Shown here one piece after another: positions 27,685-38,197 of a stretch of 55,616 nt of DNA. Positions within the stretch are counted from its first letter, which is position 1. Each line of letters opens with the position of its first letter. The position numbers and the translations under genes are program-made. The notes beneath the pieces were generated by a model. The model had not been told where the DNA came from. It saw only the letters and a program-made list of their open reading frames with translations, and searched no databases. This stretch comes from a virus (Duplodnaviria > Caudoviricetes), in IMG/VR virus record IMGVR_UViG_3300028045_000018, positions 1-55,616 of that record, one strand, 5' to 3'.

Positions 27685-28740
27685 ATGACTAAAAAAGAAA
27701 CTAAAAGAAAAATTAAAAGAAAAATTAAAAGAAAAGTTATTATTCGTAACAGTCAATCGCCTGGTGATATAGTCATGTTAACGGCTGCTGTTCGAGACTT
27801 GTATTTGTCTCATCCTGAGATAGGCATTGACCCAAGAACTTCTGCCGGTGAATTATGGGAGAATAACCCATATATTGTCAAATTGAAAGAAGGCAATAAA
27901 GATGTTGAAGACATTAAGGTAGACTATCCATTAATTCACGAAAGCAATGAAGGTCAACATCACTTTATACATGGATATCGTAAAGACTTAGAAGAGAAGT
28001 TAGGCATTAATATCAAACCAACTAAGTTTAAAGGAGATATCCATATCAGCGATGAAGAGAAAGGATGGATTTCTCAGGTCGAAGAGATGGGTATTAAAAA
28101 TGATTTTTGGATTGTCATGGCAGGTGGAAAATACGACTACACCTGTAAATTTTCAAATCCCAAAACAATTCAAAAAGTTATCGACCATTTTAAAGGTAAA
28201 ATAACTTTTGTACAGTGCGGTCAAGCAGACCACTATCATCCACAGCTTGACAATGTTATTAACTTAATAGGGAAAACAGATTTAAGACAATTTATACGTC
28301 TTATTTATCATTCTGTTGGAGTTCTTTGCCCTGTAACGTTTGCCATGCATGGTGCTGCTGCTATTGAGATGAAAAATACTCCTCCACAAAATAGACCATG
28401 TGTTGTTATTGCTGGAGGTAGAGAACCTCCTCAATGGGAAGCATATCCAAATCACAGGTTTTTAGATGTAAATGGAGCGATAGACTGTTGCGACAATGGA
28501 GGTTGTTGGAAAAGTAGATGTCAGACTGTTGGTGATGGCGATAAAAAAGATATCAAAGATTTATGTCTTTATCCGGTAGAGATTACAGACAAACTCAAAA
28601 TACCGAAGTGTATGGATATGATTAAAGACATTGATATAATAAGAGCGATATCTACATATTATAAAGGTGGAGTTTTAAAATACAATGACGATAAATCAAA
28701 CGACAAAACAATAATAAAAGTAGAAGGTGGCATATTGTGA
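27685..28740 (+). CDS. GT9 (heptosyltransferase-like) glycosyltransferase
   Basis: SPGDIVMLTAAVRDL, NNPY, NLIGKTDLRQ, MH.AAA. Confidence 0.85.
   Translation: MTKKETKRKIKRKIKRKVIIRNSQSPGDIVMLTAAVRDLYLSHPEIGIDPRTSAGELWENNPYIVKLKEGNKDVEDIKVDYPLIHESNEGQHHFIHGYRKDLEEKLGINIKPTKFKGDIHISDEEKGWISQVEEMGIKNDFWIVMAGGKYDYTCKFSNPKTIQKVIDHFKGKITFVQCGQADHYHPQLDNVINLIGKTDLRQFIRLIYHSVGVLCPVTFAMHGAAAIEMKNTPPQNRPCVVIAGGREPPQWEAYPNHRFLDVNGAIDCCDNGGCWKSRCQTVGDGDKKDIKDLCLYPVEITDKLKIPKCMDMIKDIDIIRAISTYYKGGVLKYNDDKSNDKTIIKVEGGIL
27703..27738 (+). repeat. 12-bp tandem repeat x3 encoding KRKI-KRKI-KRKV
   Basis: AAAAGAAAAATT AAAAGAAAAATT AAAAGAAAAGTT. Confidence 0.8.
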
Positions 28741-29810
28741 GTACGATAGGAATTTTTTCGAAGTTTGAGATGTGTGGTGGATCTGAGATAAGATGCATCG
28801 AGCTTGCTAATGCTATTTCTAAATATACTGAGCATGTGCCTTTAATTTTATGCGAAAAGAACATGCCCAAAAGTTTACTCGAATACAAAAACCATGAAGT
28901 ACAAGTAGTCGAAAACGTTTTATTGCCAGAACCAAATAATTTCGAGTATTTATATAAAGTTGATTCTCTTGTTATTATTAACACTGATTGTAAAGAGTTT
29001 TCAACGTTAGACTATTGGGAAGGCAAATCGACTAGGCATTCTATCAAAATCGATTTATCTAGAATATCTCAAATGACGTTTCTTTATAACTTTATAGTTA
29101 GTCCATCTAGACATTTACATACTATAGCAGAAAAAGGTGTTGATGTTAGAATTCTAGTTGCAAATCGCAAGTTTTTTGATGAGATCAGTAAGCAAGACAG
29201 ATATGAGATGGTTAGACATTTGCCTCGTATGATTATAGAAAGTCCTATAAATACAAAAAAAATACAACTTCCTAAAAACGTTTGTGATAAAATAAGAATT
29301 GGTAGACATTCTATAGGTTCTGAGTCTAAATTTGATGCTGAGAATGTTAAACTGATAAAAGAAATAAACAAAAGATATGAAAACGAGATAGAGTGGGATT
29401 TTATGGGAGTCCCAAAAAGAGACATAAAAGAATTGAAGAAAATCGAGAATGTAACTATAAGAAATACATTTTCTATTCCAGTATCTAAATACTTACAAGA
29501 TATAGATATTTTCCTTTTCTTTGTTTCGTGGAAGAGAGAAGAGCCATGGTCTAGATCTGTAGCTGAAGCGATAGCTAGTGGATGTCCGATTCTTGCAACT
29601 AATAGAGGCGGCAATAAAGATCAAGTTGTGCATGGAAACAATGGATTTTTATGCAAATCTCAAAAAGACTTTCATAAACATATTATTTCTTTGATAGAAC
29701 ATAGAGATCAAATAAAAAAAATGGGAGAAAATAGTTTACTTTATTCAAAATTCTTCACATCAGAATATGTTATAAATAAACTAGTTAAGTTCATTGGATT
29801 AGAAATATGA
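28737..29810 (+). CDS. GT4 (GT-B) glycosyltransferase
   Basis: GGSE; EPWSRSVAEAIASGCPILATNRGG..DQV..G.NGFL. Confidence 0.88.
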   Translation: MSTIGIFSKFEMCGGSEIRCIELANAISKYTEHVPLILCEKNMPKSLLEYKNHEVQVVENVLLPEPNNFEYLYKVDSLVIINTDCKEFSTLDYWEGKSTRHSIKIDLSRISQMTFLYNFIVSPSRHLHTIAEKGVDVRILVANRKFFDEISKQDRYEMVRHLPRMIIESPINTKKIQLPKNVCDKIRIGRHSIGSESKFDAENVKLIKEINKRYENEIEWDFMGVPKRDIKELKKIENVTIRNTFSIPVSKYLQDIDIFLFFVSWKREEPWSRSVAEAIASGCPILATNRGGNKDQVVHGNNGFLCKSQKDFHKHIISLIEHRDQIKKMGENSLLYSKFFTSEYVINKLVKFIGLEI

Positions 29811-30931
29811 AAAATATAATAGTTTGTAATCTAAAAAGATCTAAGGACTTAGAGCATTACAAAAAATATATTCATGGTCAAATAGACAATAGTTTATTAT
29901 TGGGTTGGAAAAAAGAAGATATCATTTTTGCGACAAATTTTTCTTATTCTTATAGGGGAGTAGAATCTGTCATTTTTGATTTAGACTGTAATTTTTGTTT
30001 AACTGGCAGTAAAGTATTTGCAATGGTCAAATTATTTGATGCTGGAATGATAACTGAAAATGCATGGTTACATGATTTAGATTTATGGCAAACACATCAA
30101 TTTGAGTTTCCTGAAGACATTGCTGATGTCGGCATGACCAGATATATTGGCAGATGGCAGGGAGGCAGTGTTTTTCTCAAACCATCTTCTAAAGATGTTT
30201 TTGTTAGGATTACAGATCGCATTAGGCAAGAAAAATCTAGAAAAGAAGAGCCTATTATTAAACTTGTTTTCAAAGAAGACGAATACAAAAAACGTGTTAC
30301 GCGAATAGATGGATCATATAATGTAGGAGCGACTGGTTTTGAAAAAAGATACGTTAACAGCCAGAAGCCCATTAAAGCCATACACATGCATCCTCATAGA
30401 GGAACAGATTATAATCGGAATATAGCTGGGATGAACAGGTTAGGCGTTAAAACTGTTGATAGTGATTTATTAAATATATTTTCTAAGTATTTTAACATAT
30501 CTAAAGATTTGACTAAAGATGCTTCTATAGACATAAAGATTAATAATTCCGATTATAATATAAGAGATTTATGTTGTGGAGAAAAGTTTCATACAAATAG
30601 AAGATTTAGTTTTGTAGGTATAGCAGATGTTTTAAAAGGAAGAAAATTTCTAGCTATACCGCATAAAAAGAAAGTTTCGATAGATATTACTGTCGTTGAG
30701 CCAGGTATTTTTGAAATAGGTCTTTGTGATGAGCATAAAGAAATAATATCTAGATTTGTAGAGTATTATGAGATGGAACACATACCTCTCAAAACAGATT
30801 ACAGAGACGCAAAAAAAATTAGATTATTTAGGAAGTTCTTCAAAAAAGGCGAGAGACTTTGTCTCGAACATGAATGGCGTGTTAATCCTATTATAATCGC
30901 AAACAAAATTAATTGTAAAAGGCAAAATTAA
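29807..30931 (+). CDS. Putative GT-A glycosyltransferase-like protein
   Basis: WLHDLD DxD motif; glycan-island context. Confidence 0.5.
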   Translation: MKNIIVCNLKRSKDLEHYKKYIHGQIDNSLLLGWKKEDIIFATNFSYSYRGVESVIFDLDCNFCLTGSKVFAMVKLFDAGMITENAWLHDLDLWQTHQFEFPEDIADVGMTRYIGRWQGGSVFLKPSSKDVFVRITDRIRQEKSRKEEPIIKLVFKEDEYKKRVTRIDGSYNVGATGFEKRYVNSQKPIKAIHMHPHRGTDYNRNIAGMNRLGVKTVDSDLLNIFSKYFNISKDLTKDASIDIKINNSDYNIRDLCCGEKFHTNRRFSFVGIADVLKGRKFLAIPHKKKVSIDITVVEPGIFEIGLCDEHKEIISRFVEYYEMEHIPLKTDYRDAKKIRLFRKFFKKGERLCLEHEWRVNPIIIANKINCKRQN

Positions 30932-31591
30932 ATGAAACCATCAAAAGATTTTAATAATATCTTTAAAGAAGTAGTAAATAAAGACACTTATATGATAAGA
31001 GATATTAAGAGAGATATAGATTTTGTAATCGACATAGGAGCTAATATAGGTGTATTTTCGTTATATTCTAGAATTATGTTTCCAGATGCACGCATAATAG
31101 CTATAGAACCAGAAAAAACCAACTTTGTACATTTGACAGAAAATCTTAAAGGATTATATGTCGATTGCGAGAATGCAGCTTGTGGTGACGGGCGAGAATT
31201 GTATTTCAGAAATAATGGTAGCAATTGTGGACAGTATACCTTCGAAGATAAGCCAATAGATGAAAAATCACTAATGGTAAGAAGTATTTCTCTAAAAGAT
31301 ATATTTAAAAAATATAATTTTAAAACAGATAAAAATTATATTATTAAATCCGATTGTGAAGGTGGAGAGAGATTTTTGTTAAATGATTATAAAGATATTA
31401 TAGGAAAATGTAAACATTTTTGCATGGAAATTCACTTTCCCAATCCTAGGCATAAACAGTTTGATAAGTTTCCTTCTTATATGGAATATTATAATTGGGT
31501 TCAAACCTTTTCACATACGCATAAAATAACATATCATCACTCTAGGAAAAAAAGTGGTATAGGGGTTTATGTTTTATCGAGATATATATAG
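30932..31591 (+). CDS. FkbM-family methyltransferase
   Basis: VIDIGANIG, AIEP, KSDCEGGE. Confidence 0.9.
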   Translation: MKPSKDFNNIFKEVVNKDTYMIRDIKRDIDFVIDIGANIGVFSLYSRIMFPDARIIAIEPEKTNFVHLTENLKGLYVDCENAACGDGRELYFRNNGSNCGQYTFEDKPIDEKSLMVRSISLKDIFKKYNFKTDKNYIIKSDCEGGERFLLNDYKDIIGKCKHFCMEIHFPNPRHKQFDKFPSYMEYYNWVQTFSHTHKITYHHSRKKSGIGVYVLSRYI

Positions 31592-31601
31592 AAAGATATA
31601 A

Positions 31602-32417
31602 ATGGCAGTTTGGAACGATTATAATTGGAGTTTTTGGGATTCAAATAAAAACCCATTACCTGAAAAATCTTCTAGATATAGGAAAATATCTATTTGTACT
31701 ACATGCATGAATAGATTAGGCAATCTTAAAGAAACATTACCCAAAAACATAGAAGACAACAAAGACTATCCAAATGTAGAATTTGTGCTGTTAGATTATA
31801 ATAGTGCAGATGGACTAGAAGATTGGGTAAAACAAAATATGATGGATCACATTAATTCTGGAAGATTAGTTTATTATAAAACATCTGAACCAGAACACTT
31901 TAGAATGGGACATTCTAGAAACGTTGCGTTTAAATTGTCAACAGGGGATATAGTTAACAATGTAGATGCCGATAATTTTATAGGGAAGGGGTTTATTGAC
32001 GTTATAAATAAATTAGCTGAACTTTGTCCGGAAAGAGCTATTTTCGCAAAAGGTAAACGAATGATGCATGGAAGAATAGGTCTTTATAAAAATGAGTTTT
32101 TGACTTTGGGCGGTTATGATGAAGATTTATTAGGATATGGATTTGATGATCATAGCGTGGTTTATAGAGCGATGGCTTTAGGACATAAATTCATGTGGTG
32201 GAATAATTCTGGTGATTTTATGAATAGAATAAAAACGTCCAGTAGAGATAAAACAAGACATATGTCAAAAACGAATAAAAACTGGAAAGAGACAGAAGTT
32301 ATCAATAAAGAAATAACGATGAAAAAAATAAAAGCTGGTGAATTTATAGTTAATCAAAACAGTCATTGGGGAAAAGCCGTTGTAACCAAAAATTTTGTAG
32401 AAACAACTAGTATATAA
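31602..32417 (+). CDS. GT2/GT7-like glycosyltransferase
   Basis: LLDYNSADG, SRNVA, NVDAD, GGYDE...GYGFDD. Confidence 0.85.
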   Translation: MAVWNDYNWSFWDSNKNPLPEKSSRYRKISICTTCMNRLGNLKETLPKNIEDNKDYPNVEFVLLDYNSADGLEDWVKQNMMDHINSGRLVYYKTSEPEHFRMGHSRNVAFKLSTGDIVNNVDADNFIGKGFIDVINKLAELCPERAIFAKGKRMMHGRIGLYKNEFLTLGGYDEDLLGYGFDDHSVVYRAMALGHKFMWWNNSGDFMNRIKTSSRDKTRHMSKTNKNWKETEVINKEITMKKIKAGEFIVNQNSHWGKAVVTKNFVETTSI

Positions 32418-32444
32418 AACGATTCGTCTAAAAGGTAAAAACAA

Positions 32445-33116
32445 ATGATTAGTAACGGCAATAATGACGGTGTTTCTGAGATTAAAACGATTGTCACAAA
32501 CGACATATATAAAGTGTCATCTTTTTTAAGTGGCGATTTAGACTTTATAGTAGATATAGGAGCGAATATAGGTGTTTTCTCTGTAATGATGCGAATGAAA
32601 CATCCTAAATCTAAAATAGTTGCTGTAGAGCCATGTTTAGAAACTGCATATTTTTTAGAGAAAAATACGAACATGCTTGATATAGATGTGCTTCCACATG
32701 CTTTTGGCAACGGTTCTGAAGTTTCTTTTTTTAGTGTAGATGACAATTTATTACGTAACGTTTTTATATCTGACGAAGAAGAGACATATCGGGTTAAAAG
32801 CTTAACGCTGGGAGATATATTCGACAAACAAAAATTAGACATATCACAAAATTACTTGTTAAAATTTGATTGTGAAGGTGCTGAACAGTTTTTGATAGGA
32901 GATCCTATCGCAGAAAATATCATTAAAAACTCGCTCCAAACAAGTTTAGAAATACATTTTAAATCTAAGAAAACTCCATATGACTTTTGGATCGATTTCA
33001 CTTCATACAATGATTGGGTCTACGAAAAGTTTTCAGATTCTCATTCAATAGATTATTATAAATCACGTAAAAACAATGGTTATGGTCATTACTGCATCAA
33101 AAGGAAAAATGGTTGA
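32445..33116 (+). CDS. FkbM-family methyltransferase
   Basis: IVDIGANIG, AVEP, KFDCEGAE. Confidence 0.9.
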   Translation: MISNGNNDGVSEIKTIVTNDIYKVSSFLSGDLDFIVDIGANIGVFSVMMRMKHPKSKIVAVEPCLETAYFLEKNTNMLDIDVLPHAFGNGSEVSFFSVDDNLLRNVFISDEEETYRVKSLTLGDIFDKQKLDISQNYLLKFDCEGAEQFLIGDPIAENIIKNSLQTSLEIHFKSKKTPYDFWIDFTSYNDWVYEKFSDSHSIDYYKSRKNNGYGHYCIKRKNG

Positions 33117-36100
33117 AAATAATCAAACAATTAATTTTTTACACAATGGTGCTCAGGGAGATATAATCTATTCTCTTCCAACGGTTATCGCTTTTGGAGG
33201 AGGCGATTTTTATTTTGAAAAACACAACCAATTTAAAAACTTATTATCTCTTTTAGAGTTGCAACCATATCTTAATTCAGTTGCTTTGTATGATAAAACT
33301 GCTAAAATTGATGTAAATCTTAGTGTTTATAGAAAAGAGGATTTAGTAAATAAGCACTTATGCAGATGTCATTTAGATCCATTTCAAAAAGAATACGATT
33401 TATCGAAGTCATGGATTACGAACATAGAACCAAAACATATGGCCGATATAATAATATGTAGGACTAGAAGATATCATGATAAGAAAGAGATTGATTGGTC
33501 TATATTAAAAAAATATGAAGATAAATTACTTTTCATTGGAGATGAAAAAGATCGTAAACTTCTTCATCAAGAATATGGAGTAAACGCAAAAGGATATTGG
33601 TGTAAAGACGGTTTAGAATTCGCACAGATTATAAAAGGTAGTAAGATATATATCGGGAATCAATCTTTGGGTTTCGCTTTAGCCGAAGCAATGAAACATC
33701 CTAGAATATTAGAAGTATATTATGGGAAAAATAATTGTCAACCAAATAGCGATAATGGATATACTTATCTTAATGAAGATTTAATTGATTCCCATTTAAA
33801 GGATAAAAAAATGATTAGTAAAAAAACTAAACATAGTGGACTTTCAGAAATTAAAACGATAATAAAACAAGACATATATAATGTCAACTCATATCGAGAT
33901 GGTGATATAGATTTTATAATAGATATTGGGGCAAATATAGGTGTGTTTTCTGTAATGATGAGAATGCGTCATCCAAATGCAAGAATAATTGCTATAGAAC
34001 CCAATCCAGAATCTTATGAATATTTATTATCTAATACTAATGCCCTTAATATTGAAACTGTACAAAAAGCCTTTGGAAATGGAAAAGAACTATTTTTCTT
34101 CGATAGAGACGGTACGATAATTAGCAATATTTATTTACACGATATAGAACAAAAAGATCAACGCGGTCGCATAGAAAGTTTAACATTAAAAAATATATTT
34201 GAGACATTTAACTTAGACATGTCACAAAACTATATATTAAAATTTGACTGTGAAGGAGCAGAAAAATATCTTGTTGAAGATAGCGATTCTGAAGAAATTA
34301 TTAAGAATTCTCTTCAAACTTGTTTAGAAATACATTTTAATTCTGGGTTTGCATCGTTTGATTTTTTTGAAGAATACAATACCTACAATGATTGGATTAA
34401 TAAGAAACTTTCAAATTCTCATTTTATTAGATATTACAAATCGAGAAGATCAAAAGGTTATGGTCATTATTGTTTAGTAAACAAAAATAAACTAAAACCT
34501 GAAAATAGATCTTTTTTTTCTTTTGGATATAAAGCAAAACAAGGACAAGACAAATGGATCGTAGATACTCTTGACTGGAAAACTAACGGATATTTTGTTG
34601 ATATAGGAGCATACGATGGAGTTGACGAAAGCAATAGTTATATTCTTGAAAAGGATTTTAATTGGAATGGCATATGTATAGAACCAAACATACATACTTT
34701 TTCTGAAATGAAAAAACAAAGAAAATGTATATGTGAAAATATATGTATTTCAGACGTTAATGGAACAGTAGAATTTATTGAAAGAGATAAAAAACATAAA
34801 ATGATTTCTGGGATACATGCAGAATTCTCAGATGATGCGGTTATAGATGGAATAAAAGATGGAGTTCCTGTGGTATCAAGGACATCAATGAGACTTTATG
34901 ATCTTTTGAAAAAACATAACAGTCCAAACGTCATAGATTATCTCAGCATAGATACAGAAGGATCTGAATATGAAATACTGAAAAACTTTCCTTTTGACAA
35001 ATATATATTTAAAAGAATAACAATAGAACATAATGCATGTAATGGTCAAAAAGAAGAAAAAAAGAAGAAAAAAATATTTGAGCTACTTACACAAAATGGT
35101 TATAAAAGAGTTGAAGAAATGCAATTTGAAGATTGGTACGTTTATAGCAACTCTTTAAAAGTAATTCATTTTGACGATTTACAACATATATCTAAAAAAT
35201 ATAAATCAATAAATAAAAAAATAGTTTCGACAAATGGTGTTTTTGATTTATTACATCCTGGACATTTGAGATTCCTTTCAGAGTGCAAAGAAAACGGAGA
35301 CATACTTGTTGTCGGACTCAATACGGATAGTTCTGTAAAAAGAATAAAGGGAGACAACAAACCAATATTAAACCAACAAGAACGAATTGAAATGTTGTCG
35401 CATGTTGATATTGTAGATTATATATGCTTGTTTGATGAAGAAACTCCATGCAAAATGCTTGCCGAGCTTAAGACAGATGTCCACTGTAAAGATTCAAGTT
35501 ATTCCATTGACGAAATAGTAGAAAAACCAACCGTTGAAGAAAATGGTGGAAAAATAGAACTTATAAAAAATCATTACGGATATTCGACTACCAATATTAT
35601 TAAAAGAGTAAAAAACAAATTAAAGATTGGAGTAATTATAATAGCAACAGGTCGTTATTTGGAATTAATACAAGATCCTCGTTTTGATATAATAAACTCA
35701 TTAAATAAGCACTTCTTTACTGAAGATATAGTTAATATTTATTTGTTTACTGATGGCGATCCACCAGATAATGTAAAACATATTTATCAAGAACAAATGC
35801 CGTGGCCGTATCCTACGTTATTGAGATTCCGCTCTTTTTATAATTCGAGAGATATCTATAAAGATAATGATTATATGTTCTATATAGACGCAGATTCTCG
35901 TATCGTATCTGATGTTGGGAAAGAAATTATTTCTGATTTTACAGTTGTACAACATTGGTCATTAAGAAGATACAAAAACAAAAAAAGATTTCCATTCGAA
36001 ACCAACATACAATCAACTTCAGCAATAACAGATCCAAATTATTCAGAATATTATTCTGGAGCTTTCTTTGGAGCAAAAACAGATAAGTTTATATCAATGT

Positions 36101-36348
36101 CCAAAAACCTGTCTGATAATGTAGATAAAGATCTGGAAAATAACATTATTGCGGTATGGCACGATGAAAGTCATTTAAATAAATATTGTTATGACAATCC
36201 CCCAGAACTAGTTCTTGACAGTAGGTATCAAGCAAGGATAAACCATGTACACGAACTAGAAGACACAGATCTATTGAAACAAAGAGATTATAAAATAACT
36301 GGTTTAAATTTAGTTGATAAAAAACATTATAGGATTAAAGAAAAATGA
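33109..36348 (+). CDS. Five-domain glycan enzyme: GT9-like + FkbM + FkbM + cytidylyltransferase (RfaE/HldE-II-like) + GT6
   Basis: GAQGDIIYSLP...YIGNQS; DIGANIG..KFDCEG; DIGAYDG..SIDTEGSE; NGVFDLLHPGH..GLNTD; IIATGRY..YIDAD..AVWHDESHLNKY. Confidence 0.85.
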   Translation: MVENNQTINFLHNGAQGDIIYSLPTVIAFGGGDFYFEKHNQFKNLLSLLELQPYLNSVALYDKTAKIDVNLSVYRKEDLVNKHLCRCHLDPFQKEYDLSKSWITNIEPKHMADIIICRTRRYHDKKEIDWSILKKYEDKLLFIGDEKDRKLLHQEYGVNAKGYWCKDGLEFAQIIKGSKIYIGNQSLGFALAEAMKHPRILEVYYGKNNCQPNSDNGYTYLNEDLIDSHLKDKKMISKKTKHSGLSEIKTIIKQDIYNVNSYRDGDIDFIIDIGANIGVFSVMMRMRHPNARIIAIEPNPESYEYLLSNTNALNIETVQKAFGNGKELFFFDRDGTIISNIYLHDIEQKDQRGRIESLTLKNIFETFNLDMSQNYILKFDCEGAEKYLVEDSDSEEIIKNSLQTCLEIHFNSGFASFDFFEEYNTYNDWINKKLSNSHFIRYYKSRRSKGYGHYCLVNKNKLKPENRSFFSFGYKAKQGQDKWIVDTLDWKTNGYFVDIGAYDGVDESNSYILEKDFNWNGICIEPNIHTFSEMKKQRKCICENICISDVNGTVEFIERDKKHKMISGIHAEFSDDAVIDGIKDGVPVVSRTSMRLYDLLKKHNSPNVIDYLSIDTEGSEYEILKNFPFDKYIFKRITIEHNACNGQKEEKKKKKIFELLTQNGYKRVEEMQFEDWYVYSNSLKVIHFDDLQHISKKYKSINKKIVSTNGVFDLLHPGHLRFLSECKENGDILVVGLNTDSSVKRIKGDNKPILNQQERIEMLSHVDIVDYICLFDEETPCKMLAELKTDVHCKDSSYSIDEIVEKPTVEENGGKIELIKNHYGYSTTNIIKRVKNKLKIGVIIIATGRYLELIQDPRFDIINSLNKHFFTEDIVNIYLFTDGDPPDNVKHIYQEQMPWPYPTLLRFRSFYNSRDIYKDNDYMFYIDADSRIVSDVGKEIISDFTVVQHWSLRRYKNKKRFPFETNIQSTSAITDPNYSEYYSGAFFGAKTDKFISMSKNLSDNVDKDLENNIIAVWHDESHLNKYCYDNPPELVLDSRYQARINHVHELEDTDLLKQRDYKITGLNLVDKKHYRIKEK

Positions 36349-37025
36349 TTACTAATAATAAAAATCAAGGGTTCGCACCAATCAAACAAATCATAACAGA
36401 AGACCTTTTTAGAGTAAGAGGTTATCCAATTGATTCTTTTGATTATATAATTGATATAGGAGCTAATTTAGGGGTGTTTTCATTATTCACTGCCATGTTA
36501 TATCCCAAAGCTCGTATATTTGCATATGAACCATGTAAAGAAACATATAACTATTTGGTCAAAAACGTACATGGTTTTAATGTTGAATGTTTTCAACTCG
36601 CTCTAGGAGATGGCAATGATCTCTACCTGTCTGAACAAAAAGATCATACTGAAAACTTTTTTACTGAAAAGTCATTAGATGGAATTAAAACAAAAACTAA
36701 AAAACTATCAAACATGATTAAAGATATAGGAATAGATATTAACAATAGCAACTATTTGATTAAAATGAATGTAGAAGGTGGTGAGAAATTTCTACTTACA
36801 GATGATCTATCTGATATAATAAAAAATTGCAAGCATTTTTGCATGTCAATTCATTTCAGTTCGTTAAAAGGATGGGGTTCTGAAAAAAATAATCATTTAT
36901 TAACATACGATAAATATGATGAATGGACCAAACAATTCGAGTCAACGCATGACGTATTTTATTACAAATCAAGGAAATCTAAAGGCTATGGTCACTATTT
37001 GTTGAAAAAGAAAGTTGATTTATAA
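36345..37025 (+). CDS. FkbM-family methyltransferase
   Basis: IIDIGANLG, AYEP, KMNVEGGE. Confidence 0.9.
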   Translation: MITNNKNQGFAPIKQIITEDLFRVRGYPIDSFDYIIDIGANLGVFSLFTAMLYPKARIFAYEPCKETYNYLVKNVHGFNVECFQLALGDGNDLYLSEQKDHTENFFTEKSLDGIKTKTKKLSNMIKDIGIDINNSNYLIKMNVEGGEKFLLTDDLSDIIKNCKHFCMSIHFSSLKGWGSEKNNHLLTYDKYDEWTKQFESTHDVFYYKSRKSKGYGHYLLKKKVDL

Positions 37026-38090
37026 TATTTTATGCTTATTGATTTTTATTAAAGGATTTTTATCTGTCGGTTTCCATGAAGTTAATATTGTTTTTAAAGA
37101 TTCCCACATCCAAAAACTGTCCAACCTATAAAATTCCAGAATCTTTCTAGCATGAAAGAAACCAATGGTTTCTTTCCCGAATATGGATTTATTTAACAGT
37201 GTTTTAAAATATATACTATTAATGTCTACATTGTCATCGTATATATTATCTGATATAAACATTGTATTCATAGCTGGGACAGAAGAAAACAGTGAAGCCG
37301 CTCCAGCTACGCCCAGGTACTCTACTTGATTGAAAATACTCATCAATATTTGATAGGTAAGCAAATAATCACTGCCATTGAAATTTTTAATAATTTGTTT
37401 TTGTATTCGCCTATCTGTCCCTAAAATATAATCCAAGTTTAGATCATCTATTTTAGAAACTAAATCCGTATAATATCTAGGCTTGATCTCAGCAATAATA
37501 CATTTTTTAGGGAATTCATTCTCTAAAAAAAACTTGTAAGCTTTACTGTCTATGTACATCGGACGTTTATAAACCTCTGTTGTTAACGCTGAAGTCTCCC
37601 AAGAATATAAGTATCTTAGACCGCTTTTATTTACTTGTCCAATATCCCAGTTCCTATTTTTGCTATTAGGTATGTCATACACAATCCATGCTTTATTACG
37701 ATTAAACCCATATGTAGTCATACCTCTAAACCAGGTATCACCATCTACTTTATGCATCCGTATTTCATGACCAACAATTGAAGCTAAAGGAAATAGTGTA
37801 AATATACAATAAATAATAACTTTAATATTTCGTTTGTCCATCATTTTAAAGTATTGAAAATATTGATAATTGCCCCATGATTCCTTGCAATATAGCAGAA
37901 CATGAACTTCTGAATCAAATTCTCTATCCGGATAAAGATTTACTTCATAGAAACCATTGTCCTTTTTGTAACGTTCAAGATCGATAAGCTTTATAACATA
38001 GTTGTCAGATTTGTTTTCATTTTGTGTTATTAAAGGGGGTTTATGTGTTTTTTTTTTATGCGATTTTTTAGGTTTACGTATTATCCTCAT
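37020..38090 (-). CDS. Hypothetical protein (possibly glycan-related)
   Basis: 356-aa ORF convergent with glycan island. Confidence 0.7.
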   Translation of the reverse strand: MRIIRKPKKSHKKKTHKPPLITQNENKSDNYVIKLIDLERYKKDNGFYEVNLYPDREFDSEVHVLLYCKESWGNYQYFQYFKMMDKRNIKVIIYCIFTLFPLASIVGHEIRMHKVDGDTWFRGMTTYGFNRNKAWIVYDIPNSKNRNWDIGQVNKSGLRYLYSWETSALTTEVYKRPMYIDSKAYKFFLENEFPKKCIIAEIKPRYYTDLVSKIDDLNLDYILGTDRRIQKQIIKNFNGSDYLLTYQILMSIFNQVEYLGVAGAASLFSSVPAMNTMFISDNIYDDNVDINSIYFKTLLNKSIFGKETIGFFHARKILEFYRLDSFWMWESLKTILTSWKPTDKNPLIKINKHKIL

Positions 38091-38197
38091 ATAATATTTT
38101 TCAAAAATAAATAAGAATATCCTCTAATTGTGACGCATTTTAGAGTATAATTAATGAATTAATTGTAAGTCGTACTTTAGAACTACTAACTTGGAGA

